From the NCBI GenBank assembly GCA_937859835.1, contig CALMAN010000093.1, forward strand, positions 1,631 through 65,630: 64,000 nt of DNA. The letters are read 5' to 3'. The position numbers and the translations under genes are program-made. This DNA comes from an uncultured Acidipila sp. GTDB taxonomy: Bacteria > Acidobacteriota > Terriglobia > Terriglobales > Acidobacteriaceae. A model generated the notes under the pieces. The model did not search any database. It was given only the letters and a program-made list of their open reading frames with translations, and was not told where the DNA came from. Positions within the stretch are counted from its first letter, which is position 1; every line of letters starts with the position of its first letter. This document shows positions 26,357 through 35,878 of the stretch, in pieces.

Positions 26357-28276
26357 CTAGGTGTGGCAGCAGGCGTGACTCTTTGCAGGCAGGTCTGAGG
26401 GTGGAACATCATTGGACGGATTCTGGTTGAAAAAGCCGTTCGGCTTGAGGGTAAAGCCGATGTACGTCGTCGGCATCACCGGGGCGTCTTCGGCGCGCGG
26501 CACATGGGTGTGGCCAAAGGTGTACCAGAAGACAATGTCTGTGTTCTCGATGGCCCGGTCGGCTGCCGTCCACGCTACCAGCCCTGCGCCGGCGCCACTT
26601 TGATTCGGATAATCTCCGGCGGCGTAGCGCTCCCCTGCCTCAAACGGCGTGACCCAAACATGGTTGTCCACAAAGCCGGCGCGCTTCCGCCACCAGGCCT
26701 CGGGGGAGGCGAAAGGCACGGCGTTGTCGCCGGGAATGAACTTATACCCCACCGGGTCCCCGACCGCGTTCTTTACGGCCGGGTTGATGAACTTCCAGGT
26801 CCTGGCTGTTTCGAGGCAAAGGTTGGCGCGCGCTTGCACCTCTGTTTTCAGGTTGGTTGGCTCGACGTGAAAGGCATTCTGGTACGGGTTTTTGTCGTCC
26901 AGCGGGTCGGCCAGGACATCGAGTTGCTGCACCGTATTGTTTTGCCCTTCAATGTTGAGATCGAGCCGCACATTGAAGAAGTGCTGATGATTGGGCGCGT
27001 ACAGCAGGGGCGCGATCATGGTGCCGTGCCGAGGCTTTTCGCCCGGGCACGCAGCGCCGAGTGAAAGGATGCCGGTCAGCTTGATCTCGAACTGGATGTT
27101 GCCGTCCTGGTAGAAGTACCAGAAAAAGCCGTACTCATAGTTCTCAACCGTCGACACCGAGGAAACCACCAGGCGCCGCGAGCGGCGCACCTCCGGGGCG
27201 TCCGGCAGACGACGGTCCGTGTGCTTCCAGAGGATGCCGTAGTCTTCCTCGTGGATACAGATGGCATTGCCGATGGTAAGCGCGCGGCCTCGGCTGTCGC
27301 ACAGGTGTGCGTCCAGATATTCAATGTGGCCCAGGCAGTCGCAGCCCAGGCGCAGGCTGTTCGCGCACATACCCATCCCGTACTCACCAACGTCAAAGGC
27401 GTTCTTGCGTGCCTGCGTGGGCCGAGGGTCTCCGTACGGGACGACCATTTCTGTGAGGGATGCGCGATACAGGATGGGTCGCTCGCGGCCCTGGTCGGCA
27501 TAGCGCAGGTCGTGAATGGTCAAGCCTTCGCGTGCGTTGAAGCCGATCACAAAACGCCAGTTCTGCCAGGCCATCTGGTGACCGTGGAGCTCGAAGCTGG
27601 GCCCATCGGGCTGGGTGATCGTCAAAGGCTTGATGCCGTTGCGAAACCCAGACAAACGGTTCGCGGCGTAGTCCCATGGTTCGGGAGGCAACGGCCAGGT
27701 TCCGTACTCTTCTACCCGGAGAACCTCCATCGTGTTCAGGTCAACAACCGGCCGGATCCCCTCGATCGGGTGCGCATAGCCGTTTTCGCCAGGCTCGCTG
27801 CGCAAAAAACACAAGGGCCGGGCGAGCCGGCGCGTCTGGTCCTCGTCGCCGCCATAGTTTCCCGCGCTCCAAATGTCCACCATCACAAGCGACGTGTCCG
27901 ATACGCCATACTGGCGCTCAAGCGCCTCACGGAAAGCGGGGCTCGCAATGACGGCGGCTTCACACTCGGTTTGCTCGTCGACCGAAAGGGTTGGCTGCGC
28001 GCCGGCCGGCATGGGATGAACGCTTTCGGCGCATCCTGCGCTGAGGTCAAGCAGAACATGGCTGCCGCGATTGGAGGCATTGTCAAAAAGCACCGCTTCC
28101 GCCCGTCGCCGCACCGGGTCACCTGCCTTCCAACGCCACACCTCACTTTTCGGGGGCTCCTCAAGCATGACGCTGATGATGCGCGTGGTGTCCGTGTGTC
28201 CGGGCATTGCGCGAAGGACCTCAACGGCCTGCGTGACCTCGGCAGAGCTGAGCGGCTCAAGTGGGTGCAATGACAT
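26357..28276 (-). CDS. Copper-containing primary-amine oxidase (topaquinone enzyme)
   Basis: TPQ consensus TVENYEYGFFWYF, copper-ligand motif APNHQHFFNVRLD, and an N-terminus HPLEPLSSAEV as in actinobacterial amine oxidases. ATG 28276 is preceded by AGGAGA. No signal peptide is evident. Confidence 0.9.
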   Translation of the reverse strand: MSLHPLEPLSSAEVTQAVEVLRAMPGHTDTTRIISVMLEEPPKSEVWRWKAGDPVRRRAEAVLFDNASNRGSHVLLDLSAGCAESVHPMPAGAQPTLSVDEQTECEAAVIASPAFREALERQYGVSDTSLVMVDIWSAGNYGGDEDQTRRLARPLCFLRSEPGENGYAHPIEGIRPVVDLNTMEVLRVEEYGTWPLPPEPWDYAANRLSGFRNGIKPLTITQPDGPSFELHGHQMAWQNWRFVIGFNAREGLTIHDLRYADQGRERPILYRASLTEMVVPYGDPRPTQARKNAFDVGEYGMGMCANSLRLGCDCLGHIEYLDAHLCDSRGRALTIGNAICIHEEDYGILWKHTDRRLPDAPEVRRSRRLVVSSVSTVENYEYGFFWYFYQDGNIQFEIKLTGILSLGAACPGEKPRHGTMIAPLLYAPNHQHFFNVRLDLNIEGQNNTVQQLDVLADPLDDKNPYQNAFHVEPTNLKTEVQARANLCLETARTWKFINPAVKNAVGDPVGYKFIPGDNAVPFASPEAWWRKRAGFVDNHVWVTPFEAGERYAAGDYPNQSGAGAGLVAWTAADRAIENTDIVFWYTFGHTHVPRAEDAPVMPTTYIGFTLKPNGFFNQNPSNDVPPSDLPAKSHACCHT

Positions 28277-28338
28277 CGCTTCTCCTGCGGGTAGCTGTGA
28301 AGGGCAAGGCGCGCCTGCGCGGTCTGCCTCGCCGGTGG

Positions 28339-29865
28339 TTAGCTTGCGGACCAAGGGGCGCGGTACTCCGGTGTGAGCAGGCGCGTGGCTCGCTCGGAAC
28401 CCGTGGTAAGGCGAAACGCGGCGCTATCCCATTCCAGCACTTCTTCGGTCCGCAGGGCCACGTTGCCCAGCATCAGGCTTTCCACAATGGGCGCGGCATA
28501 CGGGTAGGAAGAACTTGCCGGAGGTCCCCCCTGGCAGGCCCGGACCCACTCCATGTAGTGGGACGCGTCGGCCGCGGTTGCGCTGGGGCCGAGTTCAGGC
28601 CGGGTCGGATCAAAAGGCGCGCCGGCAGGGATCAGTGGGGCCGGTGCCGGCGAAACGACGCCGGCAGGCGAAAGGATGCGCGGTTTGTCCGACATGAAGC
28701 CGGCAAGCAGCTTTCCTTTCTCTCCGCTGTACATGACCCCTTGGTCGTCGGAACTCATGGACACGGCCGGTGGAAGCTCCGCCGGCCTTTCCGGCTTCAG
28801 CCCTCCATCAAACCAGTTGAGATGGATCGTGCCTCCGCTGCCTTTTTCCGGAAACTGGTACTGCAGCATCGACGCAACCGGGTAGCACTCGGGAAACAGC
28901 TCGCTCGAGCTGGCCCCGACGCGCGACGCCGGCCCTAGATCGAGAGCGCGCACAATCGTGTCGAAGCCGTACTCGCCCATGTCGCCGATCGCTCCGCAGC
29001 CAAACGGGTACCAGGCCCGCCACACAAACGGGAGGTAGCTATGGTTGTAGGGGCGCATGGCAGCCGGGCCAAGCCAAAGATCCCAGTCCAGGCCGGCCGG
29101 CACCGGATCAGCCGTGGTGGGGGTAGGCAGGCCCTGCTTCCAAAAGGCAGCGGGACGGTTGGTCCAAAGGTCCACGCTGTGCACCGGACCGATCACGCCG
29201 CTCTGAATCAGGTGGATGACGTTCAGCGAGGCCGGCGTTTGGGCATTGAAGATGGAGACCTGGGTGGCGCGCCCGGTTTCGTTGGCGACCTTGGCCATCT
29301 GCCGCGCTTCCCACGCGGTATGCGCCATCGGCTTCTGGCTGTACACATGCTTGCCGGCCCGCATGGCCGCGATCGCGATCACCGCATGCCAGTGATCGGG
29401 CGTGCTGATCACAACCGCATCAAGGTCCTTTTCCTTGGCGAGCAGCTCGCGGAAGTCCGCGTAGGCCGAGCAGCCGCGGAAGTCCGGCTTCCCGGTCGCT
29501 TTCGCGTAAAAGGCATTGGTAATCGCCTGGGCCGTATCGCGGCCTGCGGTCGGTCCGGGAAACTGCGCGCCCCAGTCGGGATCGGCAAGCAGCAGCCGCA
29601 CCTTGTTGCGCAGCTCGTTCGTTCCCCACTCCAGGTAGGTGCTGCTCTGCTGGTTTGCGTCGCAGACTGCAATCACCTGGACCTGCGGCATGCGCAACAA
29701 GTCAATCAGCACGCGCTGGCCTTGCGCGCCGACACCGATGCAAGCCACGGTAAGCTTGTCGCTCGGCCGCACCGTTTGCTGGCCAAAGAGGGAACGCTCG
29801 AGCGCGAGCGCCGCGACCGAGCTGCCCGCGGTAGAAAGAAACCTACGCCGTGTGTAGTTGTGCAC
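28339..29865 (-). CDS. Tat-signal Gfo/Idh/MocA family oxidoreductase (GH109-like architecture)
   Basis: Twin-arginine motif TRRRFLSTAGSSVAALALE, then Rossmann LTVACIGVGAQGQRVLIDLL...VIAVCDAN. A GTG start at 29865 (or 29904) avoids overlap with the upstream TBDR. The tracked ATG 30042 lies inside that gene. Confidence 0.8.
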   Translation of the reverse strand: MHNYTRRRFLSTAGSSVAALALERSLFGQQTVRPSDKLTVACIGVGAQGQRVLIDLLRMPQVQVIAVCDANQQSSTYLEWGTNELRNKVRLLLADPDWGAQFPGPTAGRDTAQAITNAFYAKATGKPDFRGCSAYADFRELLAKEKDLDAVVISTPDHWHAVIAIAAMRAGKHVYSQKPMAHTAWEARQMAKVANETGRATQVSIFNAQTPASLNVIHLIQSGVIGPVHSVDLWTNRPAAFWKQGLPTPTTADPVPAGLDWDLWLGPAAMRPYNHSYLPFVWRAWYPFGCGAIGDMGEYGFDTIVRALDLGPASRVGASSSELFPECYPVASMLQYQFPEKGSGGTIHLNWFDGGLKPERPAELPPAVSMSSDDQGVMYSGEKGKLLAGFMSDKPRILSPAGVVSPAPAPLIPAGAPFDPTRPELGPSATAADASHYMEWVRACQGGPPASSSYPYAAPIVESLMLGNVALRTEEVLEWDSAAFRLTTGSERATRLLTPEYRAPWSAS

Positions 29866-29918
29866 CGACTGATCCGATCCCAGGCTGCTCCCTGCTAGCG
29901 ACACATGAGGGGCGGCCT

Positions 29919-32900
29919 TTAAAAGATGAACTTGCCCGCTAATTGCAGAATACGCGGATTGTGGGCGCCAGTGGCAGTAAGAAAGGTTGATGTGGAGCAA
30001 GCGGCATCGCCGTAACAGGCCGTGTTGTTTACGGCGCTCCACTGCGTGTGGTTGAAGACGTTGAAGGCTTCCGCCCGGAACTCAAAGTGCAGATCCTCAT
30101 GCACGGGGATCTGTTTGAACAGGCCCATGTCGTAATCGGTGCGGCGCGGCAGGGTGAGGATGTTGCGTCCCGCGTCGCCAAAGGTGAGCCCGCGGGGAGC
30201 AGCGAAAGCAGCTACGTTGTAAAGACGCGGCCCTTGGACGCCGCTTACGTTGCGCGTCGCCGGGGCAGCATGGATCTTGCCGACAATATCCGGGTAGGAC
30301 TGCAGGGGGCTGCTGTTTACGCCTTCAAAGCTGGTCGACACCGTATTGCCCACGCCCGCGTTGTCCGAGTACGTGTCGTTGACCACACTGAAGGGCGTCC
30401 CGGTTTGAAAGGCGGTCAGGTCAGAAACCTGCCAGCCACCCAGAACGGCCTTTCCGATGCCGCCGACGAACGGCGACGGCAGGTCATACACAATGCTCAG
30501 CTCCAGGAGGTGACGCTGATCAAAGTTCGAGCTGGCATAGCTGGCAGACGGGTCATAGGTGTTCGGGATCTCGGAGTTGCTGCTGCCGTCCGATGCGTTA
30601 TCGAGCGAGTGGCTGTAGGTGTAGGCGAGGCTTCCGTTGAGCCGCCCGAAGTAGCGGCGCAGCGACAGTTGCAGCCCGTTGTAGTTTGAGTGGGCGGTAT
30701 CTTCAAAGCGGTTGATGCCGCCCAGGCCGGCAAACGGCCGGTAAGGGTCCGGGTCGTTGCCGCAGGCGATGTTCAGGTGGTTGAGTGCGTCGCCTGTAAG
30801 TGCCTGGCCGTTGACGGTCCCGGTCGCGCAGTCGTTCGCCGAAATCGCTTGCCCGGCCGGGTAGGGCGAGGAGGCAAGCGGAAGCAGCTGATTGAGCTCG
30901 CGGCGCAGGGACAGGTGGGTCCCGACGCTGCCCACATAGGCAATGCCGAAAACACCCTTGCCAGGCAGCTGCGTTTCTACGGTCAGATTGAACTGCTGCA
31001 CGTACGGCCAGACGGCCTGGGTCGGGATCGAAATCGCGCTGTCCGGAAATTGCAATCCGCCGCCACCGGAGTTGGTGTACCCGGTGAAGTTATACTTTGT
31101 CCCCGTTTGGACAAGCGGCGCCGAACCTTCAAGGGTTTCGGTGTTGGACTCGTTGCCGTTGGTGTGCTCCCAAAAGATGCCGTACCCTCCGCGGACCACG
31201 GTGCGCCCGGTTCCGGTGAAGTCGTAGGCAAACCCGAAGCGCGGGGCGGGATTGACCAGGTGCCCCTGCATGCAGCTGATCGGCACGCCCGCCGTTCCGT
31301 TACAAAGCTGCACGCCGTTGAAAAAGTTCCCCGATCCAGGCACCAGGGCGCCGGCCTGCCCGGTGATGGTGCCGTCTGTGTCGATCGCGGGCGCGTCGGC
31401 CGCGACCCAGGCTGCCGGGTTGAAGTTACCCGATTGCTTGCTGATGTCATGGTAGGTTCCGTAGAGACTTAGCCGCAGACCTAGGTCAACCACCAGCTTC
31501 TGCGACACGCGCCAGTTATCCTGAAAGTACGGCTCCACCAGCTTGAAGCGGTTGTAATACTTCAGCTGCGCGCTCTGCTGTTGGAACGACGCAATCCGTC
31601 CGGTAAGCAGATCGGCAAAGGCATTGCCGGTCGTGACCGCAGAAGTGTTGCTGAAGCTGTAGGTGCCCTGAATATTGCCCAGGTTGGGTTCGTTCTTTTG
31701 GGCCGCGATCAGGGAAGCGCCAAAGATAAAGGTGTGGCCGCGGTAGCTCTTGGTGAGCTGATCCCGATAGGTATAAGTGGGGTCGGAGTTCTGCCAGTTG
31801 GTGTAGCCGGTTCCACCGGTGAAGCCGCCGCCGTAGGTGCTGCCGTTTTCTATAACAAAGTTTGGCAGGAGCCCGTTGAAGCCGTTCTGGTACAGTCCGT
31901 TGCCGGCAAAGCTGCCGCGTGCGCCCGCCGTGGCCTGCAGGCTGATGTGGTTGGTTGTGTAGCTGGCGACGAACTCGTTGAGCAGGCTGGGTGACAGGGT
32001 GGCTGTCAGGTTGGCCACCATACTCAGACCCGGCCCTTTCACGTTGGTGCCTACGGTCGGAAAGCTGCCGCTGGCGTACTGGGGCGTCGCGGTGGTGGTG
32101 CCCCAGTCGTCATGGATGTAGCGGAAAAACGCGTGCCAATTGTCGTTGAAGTCGTGGTCAATCCGGAACAGCTCCTCGCGGTCATGGGTGAACTGCGAAG
32201 GGGCAGACTCGTAGATCGATTGGGCGCCGCTGCCGATGGTGGCAAGCGGCAGGATCGACAGCAGCGCCGCTCCGTTCGGATCAACGTTGACCTGGTTATT
32301 CGGGAAGTAGGCGCCGGTGGCAGGGTTTACCGGGCAATCCGGGTAGTCTGTCGTATCGACGGTTGCGCCTGCGCCCGGACAAACATCCGAGAAGTGGCCC
32401 GTCCGCTCCTGGTTTGATGGGACCGGCTGGTTAAAGACGTTGCCGGGAACCGTTTCGCGGCGCCACTCTTCGGAGTAGAAGAAAAACGTCTTTTTCTTGC
32501 CGCTTCCATACAGCCTGGGAAGGATCGCCGGGCCGCCCACCGTGAAGCCGAAATCATGCTTCTTGTATTCCGGAACAGACGTTTCGAAGTAGTTGCGGGC
32601 ATTGAAAGCGTCGTTGCGGAGGAACTCAAACACATCGCCGTGAAACTGGGAGGTGCCGGCCTTTGTCTGCACCAGGATCGTGCCCGACGCGTTTCGCCCG
32701 TACTGCGCCCCATAGTTCGAGGTGAGCACCTTGGTTTCGGCGATCGCGTCGATGTCTGGGTAGGTGTTGATCGCGACGTTGCTGCCGTTATCCAGATTCT
32801 GCCCGCCATCCACTTCCCAGTTGTTGTACTCGGTGCGTCCGCCGTTGATGCTGTAGGAGGCATTGCCGGAAACTCCGACCACGCCTTCATCCTGGCCGGT

Positions 32901-33401
32901 CTGGTTACTTACCCCCGGGGTCAGTGTAATGAGCTGGGTAAAGTTGCGGCCGTTGAGCACCAGCTGGGTGATCTGCTTGCCGGTAATCACGCCGGCTACT
33001 TCGCCCGACTCGGTTTGGAGGCTTGCCGAGGAGGCGCCCGCTACGTTGACCGTGTCGAGCTTGGCGCCGACGTCGAGCTTGCCATCGAGACGCTGCGTTT
33101 GCGCGATGCGCAGAACCACCCCGTTTGCCTGGTAGGTGCTGTATCCGGGGGCAGAGATCTGCACCTGGTAGGTGCCGGCCGTCAGGGCCGGAATCACATA
33201 CTCGCCGCTGCCGTTGGTGCGGGTCTGGTGCTGCTGCTGCGTGGCTGTTTCGGTCGCCACGACCTCCGCGCCGACGATGACGCCGCCCGACGAATCGGTG
33301 ACCGTCCCGTTGATCGAACCCTCCTGCTGCGCACGCGCAACGCTGCAGCAGAAAAGCGCAAGAAAAACAGTCAAGGCGTACCAAGCGTGTCCAAGGCGCA
33401 T
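29919..33401 (-). CDS. TonB-dependent receptor with carboxypeptidase-regulatory-like domain
   Basis: ATG 33401 is preceded by AGGAGG. Signal peptide, then GSINGTVTDSSGGVIVGAEVVATE...NGSGEYVIPALTAGTYQVQISAPGY. C-terminal ...AGKFIF. Confidence 0.9.
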   Translation of the reverse strand: MRLGHAWYALTVFLALFCCSVARAQQEGSINGTVTDSSGGVIVGAEVVATETATQQQHQTRTNGSGEYVIPALTAGTYQVQISAPGYSTYQANGVVLRIAQTQRLDGKLDVGAKLDTVNVAGASSASLQTESGEVAGVITGKQITQLVLNGRNFTQLITLTPGVSNQTGQDEGVVGVSGNASYSINGGRTEYNNWEVDGGQNLDNGSNVAINTYPDIDAIAETKVLTSNYGAQYGRNASGTILVQTKAGTSQFHGDVFEFLRNDAFNARNYFETSVPEYKKHDFGFTVGGPAILPRLYGSGKKKTFFFYSEEWRRETVPGNVFNQPVPSNQERTGHFSDVCPGAGATVDTTDYPDCPVNPATGAYFPNNQVNVDPNGAALLSILPLATIGSGAQSIYESAPSQFTHDREELFRIDHDFNDNWHAFFRYIHDDWGTTTATPQYASGSFPTVGTNVKGPGLSMVANLTATLSPSLLNEFVASYTTNHISLQATAGARGSFAGNGLYQNGFNGLLPNFVIENGSTYGGGFTGGTGYTNWQNSDPTYTYRDQLTKSYRGHTFIFGASLIAAQKNEPNLGNIQGTYSFSNTSAVTTGNAFADLLTGRIASFQQQSAQLKYYNRFKLVEPYFQDNWRVSQKLVVDLGLRLSLYGTYHDISKQSGNFNPAAWVAADAPAIDTDGTITGQAGALVPGSGNFFNGVQLCNGTAGVPISCMQGHLVNPAPRFGFAYDFTGTGRTVVRGGYGIFWEHTNGNESNTETLEGSAPLVQTGTKYNFTGYTNSGGGGLQFPDSAISIPTQAVWPYVQQFNLTVETQLPGKGVFGIAYVGSVGTHLSLRRELNQLLPLASSPYPAGQAISANDCATGTVNGQALTGDALNHLNIACGNDPDPYRPFAGLGGINRFEDTAHSNYNGLQLSLRRYFGRLNGSLAYTYSHSLDNASDGSSNSEIPNTYDPSASYASSNFDQRHLLELSIVYDLPSPFVGGIGKAVLGGWQVSDLTAFQTGTPFSVVNDTYSDNAGVGNTVSTSFEGVNSSPLQSYPDIVGKIHAAPATRNVSGVQGPRLYNVAAFAAPRGLTFGDAGRNILTLPRRTDYDMGLFKQIPVHEDLHFEFRAEAFNVFNHTQWSAVNNTACYGDAACSTSTFLTATGAHNPRILQLAGKFIF

Positions 33402-33512
33402 ACGGCAAAACCTCCTGCGGGTGACGGCGACAACCGAAGGCAAACAGCAGTTTTTGGCTCAGGGGGAGCTTACTTGGAGCGATGGTAAGGTACGGCCATG
33501 GGGAAAGCAGGC

Positions 33513-33537
33513 CAAACGTTTGCGCGCAAACGTTTGC
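33513..33537. promoter_or_regulatory. Tandem LacI-family-type palindromic operators
   Basis: CAAACGTTTG (33513-33522) and GCAAACGTTTGC (33526-33537) are perfect palindromes with a central CG. They sit in the divergent TBDR/lacI intergenic region. Confidence 0.6.
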
Positions 33538-33549
33538 CGTGTGACGAGA

Positions 33550-33578
33550 AATATTCCATACAGCAGGCTGGGTGTCAA
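33550..33578 (-). promoter_or_regulatory. Sigma70-like promoter for the TBDR operon (minus strand)
   Basis: On the minus strand, TTGACA (33578-33573), a 17-nt spacer, then AATATT (33555-33550). The tandem operators begin 13 nt downstream of the -10. Confidence 0.45.
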
Positions 33579-33695
33579 CTGAATCTTTCCCGCAGTTCCC
33601 GGCGCGTGCGGGGCGCGTCTTCGGGAAAAGCCGTCGTGCAACTGTGCTAGAGTGCTGCTTGCGCGGATGCACTCCCGTGTAGAAGGTCGGGTTCG

Positions 33696-34784
33696 ATGGC
33701 AGCGCTGATGGGCGATGTAGCAAGGCGTGCGGGCGTTTCAATCACCACCGTTTCCCATGTCATGAATGGCACGCGTGAGATCGCTCCCGCAACCCGGGAG
33801 CGTGTTCTGGATGCCATCAAGGCGCTGCACTACTACAAGAACAATTCGGCTCGCCTCCTGGTCCGCGGCAACAGCGACACGGTGGGGCTGATCATCTCGG
33901 ACATCGAGAACCCGTTCCTGCCCGAGCTGGTCAAGAGCTTTGAGCGCGCCGCGGCTGCGGCCGGCCTGGAACTGCTCCTGGGCATGACGAACTATGAAAA
34001 GAAAAAGGCCGAAGTCGCGGTGCGGCGCATGATCGAGAGCCGGGTTCGCGGGGTAGCCGTGATGACCTCGCAGCTCGACGATGACCTGTTTGACAGGCTG
34101 CTGCAGGCGGAGCTGCCCGTGGTCATGCTGGATGCGCCAAAGGTCGGCCGCCTGAAAGGAAGCATATCCATCGACTACACGGCCGGCATCCTGCCGGCCG
34201 TGGAGCATCTTTACCGGCTCGGCCACCGCAACGTGGGCATCATTCATGGGCCGCTGCAGGTGGTGTCCGCGTCACACTACTTTGAACTCATCCAGGACGC
34301 CGTGGCGGAGAACGGGATGCGGCTGGTGCGGGCCATTGAAGGCGACGGCGGCGCGCCCGGCGGGGTGCACGGAGCCCGTGCGCTCCTAAGCATGAAGCGG
34401 CCACCGACCGCCATCCTGTGCGGCAACGACCTGACTGCGATCGGTGCGCTCGGCACGGCAACACGGATGGGCCGCAGCGTCCCCGGCGATCTATCCATCA
34501 TCGGCTGCGATGACATCGCCATGGCGAGCTACAGCCAGCCTTCGCTGAGTACGGTCCGCATCCCCCGCGATGCCATGGGGCAGCAGGCGTTCCAGTTGCT
34601 GGCCAGAATGGCAGGCTCGAAATCCCGGCGGGGCGGAGCCGCCGTAGTTGCGGCGGACTACATAGCCCGCGGGTCCACAGGAGCGGTTCGATCCACGCGA
34701 AGCGGCGCCAAGCCGCTTCCCGATGGAACGCGCGGGATCAGCCTGGTCGAAAGGGATTCCGGGCAAAGGGGGAACACGCGATGA
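33696..34784 (+). CDS. LacI family transcriptional regulator
   Basis: N-terminal HTH GDVARRAGVSITTVSHVMNG, followed by a periplasmic-binding-protein-like sugar-binding fold pattern (GLIISDIENPF..., GIIHGP...). Confidence 0.9.
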   Translation: MAALMGDVARRAGVSITTVSHVMNGTREIAPATRERVLDAIKALHYYKNNSARLLVRGNSDTVGLIISDIENPFLPELVKSFERAAAAAGLELLLGMTNYEKKKAEVAVRRMIESRVRGVAVMTSQLDDDLFDRLLQAELPVVMLDAPKVGRLKGSISIDYTAGILPAVEHLYRLGHRNVGIIHGPLQVVSASHYFELIQDAVAENGMRLVRAIEGDGGAPGGVHGARALLSMKRPPTAILCGNDLTAIGALGTATRMGRSVPGDLSIIGCDDIAMASYSQPSLSTVRIPRDAMGQQAFQLLARMAGSKSRRGGAAVVAADYIARGSTGAVRSTRSGAKPLPDGTRGISLVERDSGQRGNTR

Positions 34785-35878
34785 AGGGAGGGCCGGTACG
34801 GGTTGGCATCATCGGCTCGCAGTTCCAGGCCGCCTGCCACGCCGCCTCAATCCGCATGATTGAGGGGGACATGGTGGTCGCCGCCGTTGCTTCACCCACT
34901 GCTGGCCATGCGCAGGCCCTTGCGGACGCGTACCGCATCCCGCGCGTGTACGAGCGCTACCAGGACCTTGCCGAGGACCCGGACATCGAAGCGGTCACCA
35001 TTACCGCGCCCAACGCCCTGCACTGCGAGATGACGCTGGCGCTGGCCCGGGCCGGCAAGCACGTGATCTGCGAAAAGCCGCTGTGCGTCACCTTGGCAGA
35101 AGCTGACAGCATGATGGAGGCCTGCCGCAGCCACGGAGTTCTGCTGCTGTACGCGGAAGAACTCTTCTTCACTCCAAAGTATGTCAAGGCCAAGGAGATG
35201 GCCGATGCCGGCGCTTTTGGCAGGCTTCACCTGATCAAGCAAAGCGAGAAGCACTTCGGCCCGCACGCAGACTGGTTTTGGGACGAGCAGCGCTCGGGTG
35301 GAGGGGCGCTGCTCGATCTTGGCTGCCACGGCATTGCTTTCGCCTACTGGTTTCTTGGCCGGCCCAGGCTCGTCAGCGCCTACTCGCAACTGGGCACCTA
35401 TGTGCACGGCGCCAAGACCAGGGCTGATGATGAAGCCGTCACGCTCATTGAGTTCGAGGGCAACGCCTTCGCACTGATCGAGAACAGCTGGGCGCGCCGT
35501 GGCGGGATGGACGACCGCATTGAAGTCTACGGGGAGGGCGGGCTGACTATTGCCAACCTGCACATGGGCAATGCGCTGCCGACTTACAGTGAGTACGGCT
35601 TTGGCTACGCGGTCGAAAAGGCGCCCACCACCGTGGGCTGGAGCTACCCGGTCTTCGAGGAGTTATGGAACTACGGGTTCCCGCAGGAGATGCGCCACTT
35701 CGCCCGCGCGATCCGGGGACTCGAAAGCCCCATCGCTACCGGAGAAGATGGCCGCGTCGTGCTTGAAGCGATCTACGCAGCGTACGCATCCGCGGGTTTG
35801 GGGCGCAAAGTGTCTTTGCCGTACCAGCCCACGACAGAGCGCCCGGTCGATGAGTGGCTGAGCAGGAGAAACGGATGA
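34781..35878 (+). CDS. Cytoplasmic Gfo/Idh/MocA family oxidoreductase
   Basis: VRVGIIGSQFQAACHAASI Rossmann start and the EKPL motif (VICEKPLCVTLAEAD). ATGA start/stop overlap with lacI. Confidence 0.85.
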   Translation: MKGGPVRVGIIGSQFQAACHAASIRMIEGDMVVAAVASPTAGHAQALADAYRIPRVYERYQDLAEDPDIEAVTITAPNALHCEMTLALARAGKHVICEKPLCVTLAEADSMMEACRSHGVLLLYAEELFFTPKYVKAKEMADAGAFGRLHLIKQSEKHFGPHADWFWDEQRSGGGALLDLGCHGIAFAYWFLGRPRLVSAYSQLGTYVHGAKTRADDEAVTLIEFEGNAFALIENSWARRGGMDDRIEVYGEGGLTIANLHMGNALPTYSEYGFGYAVEKAPTTVGWSYPVFEELWNYGFPQEMRHFARAIRGLESPIATGEDGRVVLEAIYAAYASAGLGRKVSLPYQPTTERPVDEWLSRRNG

